The notes under the pieces were generated by a model that saw only the letters and a program-made list of their open reading frames with translations, did no database searches and was not told the origin of the DNA. Positions 38,186 to 46,584 of a stretch of 64,000 nt of DNA are shown here, one piece after another (the first letter of the stretch is position 1; every line of letters starts with the position of its first letter). Source of the DNA: a virus. Both the position numbers and the translations under genes were made by a program. The DNA is taken from positions 4,754 through 68,753 of IMG/VR virus record IMGVR_UViG_3300025030_000090. One strand, written 5' to 3'.

Positions 38186-39426
38186 TTAGGCTGTTGTTGG
38201 AGGAGGATGTCTGCCCGATACCGCATAGCTTCTGCTTGCATGCTGGAGATATAATTTCCTAATTTTTTTGCCATCACATCATCACTAATGTTAGAAATAT
38301 CTGACAATTTCTTTCTCCATTTATCTGGTATGCGTAATTTTCTTGCTCTCGCCTTATCATGTATAATTTGATATGAGGCAGTTACATATGGATATTTTGA
38401 GAAACTTCCCCCATTGTCTATTGCTATTATTCTGCCATTTTTTCCTAACAACCAATTTCCATCATGGCGATCGGGATTGTCTATAAGATAATCAAAAAGG
38501 ATAGTATCTATAAGATCTTCATCAGATAATTTGTTTGCTTTTGATGAACTGCCAATATCAGCATCTACAAATTGTTGTATGCTCCCATGTTTTTCGCCTA
38601 TGCTTCGCATAGATGTTGTAGGAACTATATCTAAATTAAGCATCTCTGACAAAAGAAAAGCAGACACTTCATACTTTGGTTCTCCATAAGCTGATTTGTA
38701 TTTGAAAACAGCTTTTCCATCATCTTCCAATTCAACAATTTCTGGGTTGTTAACACCCTTGCCAATTTTTTGTGATTTGGTTACGTTTCTTAAAAGAATC
38801 TCAACTGGGACATAATGTGTTTTTGGAGATTCTTTTGGTTTTTCTTTTTGGGGTTCTGAAGATGATTGCTGAACTGCATGTGTAGCAAAATATTTTATAT
38901 GGTCTATAACTCTAACTGGATGTTTTGGAAAATTATCATGTTTATGTTTCCAGTTCCCTTTTTCTATCAGAGGATTTTCCCCCACAAGTTCAGAAAGAAC
39001 ATCTCCTTCCAGGAGCATCTCTTCTTCTTCGCTTTTTATCATTCTAGAAAGTTCCCAAAAAGTGGAAATTTTCGCAGGAGTAGAAAAAAGGACTTCTGGT
39101 TTTATTAACCAAATGCTATTTCCATCTGTAATTGCTTTTTTGACTTCTATTCTAATTGTATCACCAGCTTCTGCTTTTATATCTGTAGGAGCAGTATACC
39201 CAGCATTCAAAACATGATGCCCATGAATTGCTCCTGATTGCTGCTTTTGAGAAACAATAGAAGTTTTTCCATCACCTAGTTTTTTAGGTCTTGAAGAAGT
39301 TACCCCAGCTTGTTGTCGAACCATTTCTTTTCTATAAAAGGGTCGTCCCATTTTAGGATGAACTAAAACAAGTTTTTGTGTCAAATTAGGATTAGCTTTT
39401 TTCAGGAATTCTTGAAGTTTGCTCAC
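38155..39426 (-). CDS. tag A + tag B + PI3/PI4-kinase-like (HipA/CtkA superfamily) kinase
   Basis: AVFK, EVSAFLLS..L.L..VP.T, GSIQQFV, FDYLIDNPDRHDGNWL, IAIDNG. Confidence 0.85.
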   Translation of the reverse strand: MSKLQEFLKKANPNLTQKLVLVHPKMGRPFYRKEMVRQQAGVTSSRPKKLGDGKTSIVSQKQQSGAIHGHHVLNAGYTAPTDIKAEAGDTIRIEVKKAITDGNSIWLIKPEVLFSTPAKISTFWELSRMIKSEEEEMLLEGDVLSELVGENPLIEKGNWKHKHDNFPKHPVRVIDHIKYFATHAVQQSSSEPQKEKPKESPKTHYVPVEILLRNVTKSQKIGKGVNNPEIVELEDDGKAVFKYKSAYGEPKYEVSAFLLSEMLNLDIVPTTSMRSIGEKHGSIQQFVDADIGSSSKANKLSDEDLIDTILFDYLIDNPDRHDGNWLLGKNGRIIAIDNGGSFSKYPYVTASYQIIHDKARARKLRIPDKWRKKLSDISNISDDVMAKKLGNYISSMQAEAMRYRADILLQQQPNWNIGYRVQQ

Positions 39427-39686
39427 TATCGCTTCAACCCGATTTTATACACGAATTGCCCATCTGGGAGTTCTTTCTTTTCTAGAATCTGAACATTGAT
39501 TCTTTCATCAATATTGACAGTTCTCCAATTTGAATCTTCTTTAGGGGCTTCTTTTTCGAGATTTTCTGGCTGTGAAATATCTTCCATACTTCTATTGTAA
39601 ACCTTTTCTATAGGGGTGCTATCATTTTTGTTTTCTTTTTGCTCCCATTGTATATCTGTTTCTTCCCAAACGAATCTATTTTTCAT
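39426..39686 (-). CDS. small acidic protein after ART (NxFxWExxDI N-terminus)
   Basis: overlaps the ART stop. Confidence 0.6.
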   Translation of the reverse strand: MKNRFVWEETDIQWEQKENKNDSTPIEKVYNRSMEDISQPENLEKEAPKEDSNWRTVNIDERINVQILEKKELPDGQFVYKIGLKR

Positions 39687-40398
39687 TTATCAAAAGCTCC
39701 AATACTATTTGGTCATTTTCTTTAGATACTTTGAATCTACTATTGCGAGGAAGGAGTATTTCTTCTTCTTTCTGTGAAGATGTTCCAGCTGCAAAATCTA
39801 AAGGAATTACTTTTGTTCCTTTTGGTATTTTTATTAATATCAGTTTTCCAAATTTTTGGGCAATATTTGCATTTGATGTGGTTGATAAAAACCCATTATC
39901 CGTAAAAATCCGTCCTATGTTAGCATCAAGATGTTCATATATTTTTGTGTCACTTCTTATCCCTCTGAACAAAAACATATTTTCTGAAGTTAGAGGGACT
40001 TTTTGGAATGCTTTGTCCATTGTTAAGATTTGTTGTTTTAATTCTTCTTCACTTGTAGGACTTCCAGAGATCAGAATACCATTTCTAAGTAGCAAATTGA
40101 TTGGTCTGCTGCCAAATTCTTTATAATTTTGTAGTACTTGTTTTTCATTTGGGCTCAGTAGTTTTTCTATGTCCTCAAAACCTTTTCTTGGCCGAACCCA
40201 TCTAATAGACCAATATGGCTTTTTCTCCCAAGTGCTGGGAATGATTTGTACTTTTTTGGGTACTAATCCTTCTCTTGCTTTTTCTAGAAAATCTTCAAGT
40301 TTTGAAGAGGGGGTAGTTATATACCTCTTTTGTTCCAAACCCCTCTGTTTTGAAGAAAAAGTGATTTTTTCAGATAGGGATTTTTTGATTTTTAGCAA
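39676..40398 (-). CDS. tag A + VIP2/C3-like (R-S-E) ADP-ribosyltransferase
   Basis: IN.LLR, LFRG, FLSTT, KEEEILLPRNSRF. Confidence 0.88.
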   Translation of the reverse strand: MLKIKKSLSEKITFSSKQRGLEQKRYITTPSSKLEDFLEKAREGLVPKKVQIIPSTWEKKPYWSIRWVRPRKGFEDIEKLLSPNEKQVLQNYKEFGSRPINLLLRNGILISGSPTSEEELKQQILTMDKAFQKVPLTSENMFLFRGIRSDTKIYEHLDANIGRIFTDNGFLSTTSNANIAQKFGKLILIKIPKGTKVIPLDFAAGTSSQKEEEILLPRNSRFKVSKENDQIVLELLINEK

Positions 40399-40423
40399 AG
40401 TATCCGTCCTCTAAAACTTTGAA

Positions 40424-43400
40424 TCAATCGTCCATTTGTACCCATTTTGCAGGCTTTGATTCTTTTGCCATAACAAGAAATTCTCTTTCATTTTCGTTAT
40501 ATGAATGTGCGTAATAGAAAGACCAAATATCTTCCCTTTTTGTTTTTATTTGCAACGTTATATTCCCAAAATTTTTTGCCTTATAATAAGAATGAGACCA
40601 GGAAGATAAAGCATCTTGATTTAGAAGCACTGGGACATAAGAGTGAGTTCCGCTGTACCCAACAAGCTTCGGTTTTCTCTTTACTTCATTAAGACTTGTT
40701 CCTCTATATAAAGTGATGAATTCGTCTTCTTCATTCTTTTTCGGAAATGCTTCTGCCAGAATTCTTTGCGTTAAATCATAATGAATTCTAACATATTCAT
40801 CTATCTCTTTTCCGCCTAGTCTGAATCGCATTTCTTTTACTTGTCCTTCCATCTTATCTGTGAATCTTGGATGGGCATATGTTTGTTTTTGAATTATTCT
40901 AGAAACTGCTTCTTTTATAGTATACGCATCCATAGAAGTAGAAGATACTGCCCAACCCTCTTTCAACGTTTCATGTATGAATTCATATGGCGTCCCTTTA
41001 TAGAGTTCATCTACAATTTGCACCATCGTTTGCGAAGGACCTTTATTAGAAGTTAGTTGTCCGATGTATTCTTTGAATTTGTCAGATAGTTTTTCAGGCA
41101 ATTTCCAGGTTCTATGGAATTCATCTATGAATTTTTCCCCAAGAATATTATCTCTGATTAGGCTTCTAATTTCTATTTTTCCTCGTTCACCTGTGCTCCA
41201 ATTTGAAATATTGTGGTTTTTCATGTGTTTCCCAATAAGTTTTCTGACAAACAAATATTGAGCATCTTCATCGCTTGAATGTTTCTCATAAAATTCTTGA
41301 AAAACATTTCCATTACTTCTTGATACAGAATCAAGAAAAGTTTTAGGAGATACTTCTTTTATGTTTTCTAGTATCTCAAGAGTTATCTCTTTGTTTGGTA
41401 TTCTTTTTGAAACTGTTTCTTTTACGAATATATCTCTATCTTTTGTTAATTTTTTCAGGATTCGTATATTTCTTATTTTACCAGCTACAAGTTCTCTGAT
41501 TCTCGCAGAGCTATCATCTGCTAACATTTCCAGAATAGGTTGTAAATCTCTTTCATAAGCCGCCGAAGCTGCCAAAAAACGTTCTGTTTCATTTGGCGAT
41601 TCTACCCATTTGATAAATGTGTCTATAGCTTTGTGTTCTTCTGGGTTAACATATATAGTTCTAGTTCTTCTGAATGGTGGGCCGTCTTTGGGGTGAACTA
41701 TCTCATGTATCTGTTTAGGAATTTTTCCTCTGGTTTCTCTTTTTTCCAGTTCATTGTCAAAGAACTTTCTAATAACTTCCTCAAAATCACCTAAAAACAA
41801 ATCATCAAGTTCTTCTTCTGAAACCCATTTGTAGCTAGAATGCTCCTTGTTTAACTTGATCTCTCCAGAAATTTCCACTTTGTAGAAAAGAACTGGATGT
41901 TCGTCCTTTCCTATCTCTGTTTCCCCAGAAATGTCAAATTCTTCTATGTCTTCTACTTTGCAGTTTATCTCTTCCTGAAGTTCTCTTCGCAGCGCTTCCT
42001 TTGCGTCCTCTTTTTGGTCGATGTGGCCTCCTGGGAGGTCGTATGGAAATTTAGAATTGGTAGGATTATGAAGTAAAAGCAATCTTCCTTCTTCATCCAG
42101 TATCAATGCTTTTGCAGAAATAGGAAGGTTTGCTTTTTCTATTTTGTCCTTTGTTTCTATCTTTCTTGTTTCGGGATTAAAAGTTGCAGCAGAATCCAGT
42201 TGCCAACCTCCGGAACCATCTGGAACTATAAGATTCTTTGGAATTCTGAAAGAATAAACTTGGCTATCTTCTGGGTAATCTACATCCCTGCCTTGAGCAT
42301 AACTTCTATCAGTAGCAAAGAATTTTCCTTTAGGAATTTCTTCTCCAGAAACCCATTTTTCATATTCTTTAGCACTCATGTCTCTATAAACACGAATAAG
42401 TTTTGGTTCTTTTCCTTGGTGTAGAGAAATAAAACTAGGAAAATATCCCACATTGGATTTCCATTTCGAATAATCTGGTTTCCCATAAAGCATTTCATAT
42501 ATTGTTTTGACTTGTCCAAACATGCTTTCTTGAATGTCTTTTCCATTTTCTTCAGCTTCTTCGAATGAGGACAGGTCATCTCCATCCCAAAAATCTACTT
42601 CCCCGTCATCACCTATAGAAATTTGGGCCGAAGAAGTATATTTGGAATTTGGCATCTTTTGATGAATAACCATTCTGATGTCAAAATTATCTTCCATTTT
42701 ATCATAGTCAGGAAAGTCAGAATACATAGGCGGAAGAAGTTCAATCTTCGTCATCAAAAAATCTTCCATTCTGTGAATGTGGGCTTTTAGTTTTTCGAAT
42801 GTTTCTTTTCCGAATTGGTGAAAAAGAACATAATCAATAGCATTTTGTCTGTCTTCTTTTTCCCAAAACTCCCCTATGTCTTTGTTCTTTCTATAGCTGG
42901 CCCAGTCGTTGGTATCATGTCTTTCCATCCCTAGAGAGAACCAGACTTGTCCAGGGGAATAATTTGTAATTGGCTTTCCAAAAATTAGAGTTTCTTCCCA
43001 TTCTGGTTTGTTTTCTATATGGGATTCTTCCGCTTCTTCTTTTGCTTCTTCAGGAGAAACCCATCGAATACCCCAAAATGTTTTTCCTTGCTGATGGATC
43101 TGCACCTTTTTAGGAATAAGGTTTGGATTTGAATCAGATTTTTGAATTTCTTCTTTCTCTTGTATTGCTTTTTCGGGGTGGAAAACTACAAATTCAGCAC
43201 CTCTTTGTATTCCGAATTGTGTTTTTCTGGGTTCATTTGTTAGAATAATTCCATCATATCCTTGATTCTCTAGCTTCTGTCTTATAAGCTTGCTTTTTTG
43301 CTCTAATTTTTCGGTCAAAGAACCTTTGAAATTCGCCAAATCTTTGGAAACTAGCTCATCTATATCTCCAGGAGTTCTTGGGACATAGGGTTTTTGCAGA

Positions 43401-45505
43401 TGCAAATGATGCTGTTGGACATCACCATATCCTTCAGCAATTTGCTTATGGGAAGAAAAATAAGTTCCTTTTCCCCACATTCCTTCATCTACAGGTGTAT
43501 GTTTTCCAGTTCCTCTCCATACAATGCCTTGAAATGGTTTTCCATGTTCGATTCCCTTTGCTTCATGAACATCTACATTATAGGGATTGTCTTGCTTCGG
43601 GAGATTGGAAAAATATTCTTGATGGTGTTCTACGGCAACAGGGTGTTCTTGCCAGCCATCATGCTGATGATATGCAACCCTAGCCTTCTCAAAATCATCC
43701 CCGAAGTATTCTTCTGCTTCTTTCTTTGTAGGTGGCCCTTCAGACCATTTTTTAGAAGCAAGGCCATACTTTAGTTCTCTTTCGGAAACAATGTCATCAT
43801 CAGCTTCTTTTTCTTTTCTAAAGGCATTTCCGTGGGGAGTACAAAAATGGGCTGTGGCCATCGCTTCGGCCCAAAGAAATTCTACTGTGGGTGACATGCT
43901 GCATTTCATGCATTTGCTTCTGCTGTAGGCTTTTGTTAAATCTGACTTTGAAAGATACTCAGAATAGTTATCTTTTACATATTGCAATGCTTGGTCTGGA
44001 GTAGAAAATTCTCCTTCCTCTTGCTTTTCTCTAATCTCTTTTATGACTTTGCCCATCATTTTGCTCGGAGGAAGTCCTATAGAAATAAGATCGTCACCTG
44101 TAACAAGCGGAGGAATTTTGCCTTCAGAAGTCATTACTCCAATCTTGCCTTTAACTTCTTGAAGCTTATCTCTAAACCATGAGCTTTCATTTCTTGAAGC
44201 AGGTTCTGGCTCCCCATCTTCTTTTCGATGTAATCTTCCAGTAGTATCTGCTTCAGAAAAGTCAGCAAGAAGGTTGAGTTTGTCTATTCCATGTTTGTTG
44301 ATTAGTCTTTTGAAGGCAGATTCTGGAACTTTTTGTCTCCAAAAGGCAGTCGGAATGCCATGATTTGCTACTAGGAAAAGAACCCTTTCAACTATTTCTT
44401 CATTATTTGTAAGTCTTGATAGGAATTTTTTAGTTGGATCTATTCCTAATTCTTCATGACCATGTTGAGTGATTTTTCCATCTTCTTCTTTTGTAGCATC
44501 AGGTTTTCCGAAATCGTGTGCAATAGAAGCAAGCATTAAAGCAAGCTTGTCTTTCTCATTATCATATTTTTTGATGATTTCAGCAGACTTGTCCATAACC
44601 ATACGAATATGGTTGTATACAGAACCTTCAAAATGAAAGTCTCCCCGTTGTTTTGTAGTTTTCAGCACGAAAATTTCTGGCCAATATCTCTTCAGCACAT
44701 CCATATCATCAAGAGCTTCTAATCCAATAGACGGCTTTTTTGAACGAAGAAGAAGCTTTTTGAATTCCTCAAAGATTCTTTCAGACGGAAGATGTGACAA
44801 ATCTATTGTAGAAGCTAAATCTACTGTTTCTGGAGCAATAGAAAAACCAAAGCGGGCAGCAAATTGTGCTGCACAATACACCCTCAGTGAATCTTCCTGA
44901 AATGTTTTATCATTTACGTGACGAATAACACCATTTTTTAGATCTTTTATCCCGCCAAAATGATCCAGGATCTTCTTTTTTTCTAGATCGTAATAAATTG
45001 AGTTTATGGAAAAATCACGTCTTTTTGCAGCCGTTTCTGTGTCCAAATAAGGATCTGACTCTACTTCGAAATCGGTGTGTTTCTCCCCTATCTTCTTTTC
45101 TTTTCGAGGCAAGGAAATATCAAAATCGGTTCCTATTTTGAATACACCAAATTGCTTTCCTACTTGTTCACTTTTTCCACCCAGTTCTTCTACTATTTCT
45201 CCAAGTCTTTCTTTTGGAATATCATAAACTTCGATATCAAAATCTTTTACTGCTTTTCCTAGAAGAGCATCCCGCACACTACCACCGACAAGATATGGTG
45301 TTCCATATTTTGTAAGTGTGGATGTTATTCTTTCAAAATCTGGATGTTGAAAAAATAAGGGAGAGGTTTCTTCTTCTGAAGAGACCATGATAACACGATC
45401 TCTCTCAAAAGTAGTTCCTCCTCTGTGAACTACCTCATGTATTTTCTTGGGAACTAAATTGGGGTTAGTCATCTTCTTGTGAAAAATTTCCCTTGTATAA
45501 GACAA
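40424..45505 (-). CDS. polyprotein: CCA-adding/HD tRNA nucleotidyltransferase, two ART-like domains, NUDIX hydrolase and C-terminal R-S-E ART, separated by tags
   Basis: LVGGSVRD/DFDIE/RRDFSIN/EDSLR, IAHDFGK; VWRGTG..GTYFS..YDGI; GGHIDQKEDAKEALRRELQEE; LYRG/LSSWS/NEREFLV; true start likely ATG 45472. Confidence 0.88.
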   Translation of the reverse strand: MSYTREIFHKKMTNPNLVPKKIHEVVHRGGTTFERDRVIMVSSEEETSPLFFQHPDFERITSTLTKYGTPYLVGGSVRDALLGKAVKDFDIEVYDIPKERLGEIVEELGGKSEQVGKQFGVFKIGTDFDISLPRKEKKIGEKHTDFEVESDPYLDTETAAKRRDFSINSIYYDLEKKKILDHFGGIKDLKNGVIRHVNDKTFQEDSLRVYCAAQFAARFGFSIAPETVDLASTIDLSHLPSERIFEEFKKLLLRSKKPSIGLEALDDMDVLKRYWPEIFVLKTTKQRGDFHFEGSVYNHIRMVMDKSAEIIKKYDNEKDKLALMLASIAHDFGKPDATKEEDGKITQHGHEELGIDPTKKFLSRLTNNEEIVERVLFLVANHGIPTAFWRQKVPESAFKRLINKHGIDKLNLLADFSEADTTGRLHRKEDGEPEPASRNESSWFRDKLQEVKGKIGVMTSEGKIPPLVTGDDLISIGLPPSKMMGKVIKEIREKQEEGEFSTPDQALQYVKDNYSEYLSKSDLTKAYSRSKCMKCSMSPTVEFLWAEAMATAHFCTPHGNAFRKEKEADDDIVSERELKYGLASKKWSEGPPTKKEAEEYFGDDFEKARVAYHQHDGWQEHPVAVEHHQEYFSNLPKQDNPYNVDVHEAKGIEHGKPFQGIVWRGTGKHTPVDEGMWGKGTYFSSHKQIAEGYGDVQQHHLHLQKPYVPRTPGDIDELVSKDLANFKGSLTEKLEQKSKLIRQKLENQGYDGIILTNEPRKTQFGIQRGAEFVVFHPEKAIQEKEEIQKSDSNPNLIPKKVQIHQQGKTFWGIRWVSPEEAKEEAEESHIENKPEWEETLIFGKPITNYSPGQVWFSLGMERHDTNDWASYRKNKDIGEFWEKEDRQNAIDYVLFHQFGKETFEKLKAHIHRMEDFLMTKIELLPPMYSDFPDYDKMEDNFDIRMVIHQKMPNSKYTSSAQISIGDDGEVDFWDGDDLSSFEEAEENGKDIQESMFGQVKTIYEMLYGKPDYSKWKSNVGYFPSFISLHQGKEPKLIRVYRDMSAKEYEKWVSGEEIPKGKFFATDRSYAQGRDVDYPEDSQVYSFRIPKNLIVPDGSGGWQLDSAATFNPETRKIETKDKIEKANLPISAKALILDEEGRLLLLHNPTNSKFPYDLPGGHIDQKEDAKEALRRELQEEINCKVEDIEEFDISGETEIGKDEHPVLFYKVEISGEIKLNKEHSSYKWVSEEELDDLFLGDFEEVIRKFFDNELEKRETRGKIPKQIHEIVHPKDGPPFRRTRTIYVNPEEHKAIDTFIKWVESPNETERFLAASAAYERDLQPILEMLADDSSARIRELVAGKIRNIRILKKLTKDRDIFVKETVSKRIPNKEITLEILENIKEVSPKTFLDSVSRSNGNVFQEFYEKHSSDEDAQYLFVRKLIGKHMKNHNISNWSTGERGKIEIRSLIRDNILGEKFIDEFHRTWKLPEKLSDKFKEYIGQLTSNKGPSQTMVQIVDELYKGTPYEFIHETLKEGWAVSSTSMDAYTIKEAVSRIIQKQTYAHPRFTDKMEGQVKEMRFRLGGKEIDEYVRIHYDLTQRILAEAFPKKNEEDEFITLYRGTSLNEVKRKPKLVGYSGTHSYVPVLLNQDALSSWSHSYYKAKNFGNITLQIKTKREDIWSFYYAHSYNENEREFLVMAKESKPAKWVQMDD

Positions 45506-45884
45506 TCATATCATTATCAGGAAACTTCTCACAAACAAAATCAGGATAACTTTTTTTTATATCTTCTATTGTTTGGTTTTCTTTCAATGGGAAAATATGG
45601 GCAACAAATTGTTTTGCTATTCTACAACTATCTCTGATGATTTTCTCTTGGTTGTCCATATTTCGAAGAACATTGTACGAAAACACAGAATCAAATTCAT
45701 CATCCTCATACGGAAGCTTGTTTCCTAATTCTATATCACAAATAGAAGAAGTAGATTTTTGAAGCACTTCCAATGAGTCTGATTGTTTTATTTCTAAAAT
45801 AGAGCTTCCTGGAATAGAAAGAAGAAATTTTTCTAATCCGCCTAAAAAATAAATATCCTCTTTCTCCCAAGCAAATTTATTCAT
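45465..45884 (-). CDS. NxFxWExxDI peptide fused to a degenerate class I SAM methyltransferase fold
   Basis: SILEI (no GxG), LPYEDDEFDSVFS..VL. Confidence 0.6.
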   Translation of the reverse strand: MNKFAWEKEDIYFLGGLEKFLLSIPGSSILEIKQSDSLEVLQKSTSSICDIELGNKLPYEDDEFDSVFSYNVLRNMDNQEKIIRDSCRIAKQFVAHIFPLKENQTIEDIKKSYPDFVCEKFPDNDMIVLYKGNFSQEDD

Positions 45885-46584
45885 TCATTATCCCTGTCCA
45901 CTGATATACAGGCACCCCATTTTGATCTGCTACCCACTTAAAAATCGAATTTCTTGGTATGATCACCTCTTCTTCGTCTGATTCGGTTACAGTATCAGGT
46001 ACATGAAGTGCTGAGGCTCCTTTTGGTATTTTTATTGCAATAGTTTTATAATCGTCAAATTCCAATTCCTGTATCCGACTATTTAGGGATGTAGAAACAA
46101 ATCCTCTGTCTACAAAAGTTCCTTTTGGAAAGCTAACATTTATAGCTCTAAAGCATGTGATACTGAATGGTAGAATACTTTTTGAAATTGCTTTGTCCAT
46201 CACATCAATTTTGTACGCCAATGATCCTATTGTATATGGTGCGGCAGTTAATTTTATATTTTTGTTTCTCAAAGATCTATTTATTTCTTTATACCCGTTT
46301 ATCTGATAGTCATTAATAACAACCTTTTCTTTTTCAAGCAAAGCATTATATGCAATTATCAATTCTTTTTCAATTTGCTTTCTTGTAGATCTTGAATATG
46401 GTAAGGAAAATTTTTCTTTTTCTTCTGGGTTCACCATCACAGTTCTTTCACGAGGAAATACTTTTCCTCCACGATGTACTTCTTCGTGAATCTTTTTGGG
46501 AATGAGATTAGATTTGTTTAATTCCAGAAATTCTTGTAATTTTCCCAATTGGAAATTATCCCCAAATTGTTTTTTGCCAGTCAC
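45877..46584 (-). CDS. tag A + VIP2-like (R-S-E) ADP-ribosyltransferase
   Basis: Y..IN.SLR, CFRA, FVSTS, DEEEVIIPRNS. Confidence 0.86.
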   Translation of the reverse strand: MTGKKQFGDNFQLGKLQEFLELNKSNLIPKKIHEEVHRGGKVFPRERTVMVNPEEKEKFSLPYSRSTRKQIEKELIIAYNALLEKEKVVINDYQINGYKEINRSLRNKNIKLTAAPYTIGSLAYKIDVMDKAISKSILPFSITCFRAINVSFPKGTFVDRGFVSTSLNSRIQELEFDDYKTIAIKIPKGASALHVPDTVTESDEEEVIIPRNSIFKWVADQNGVPVYQWTGIMNE

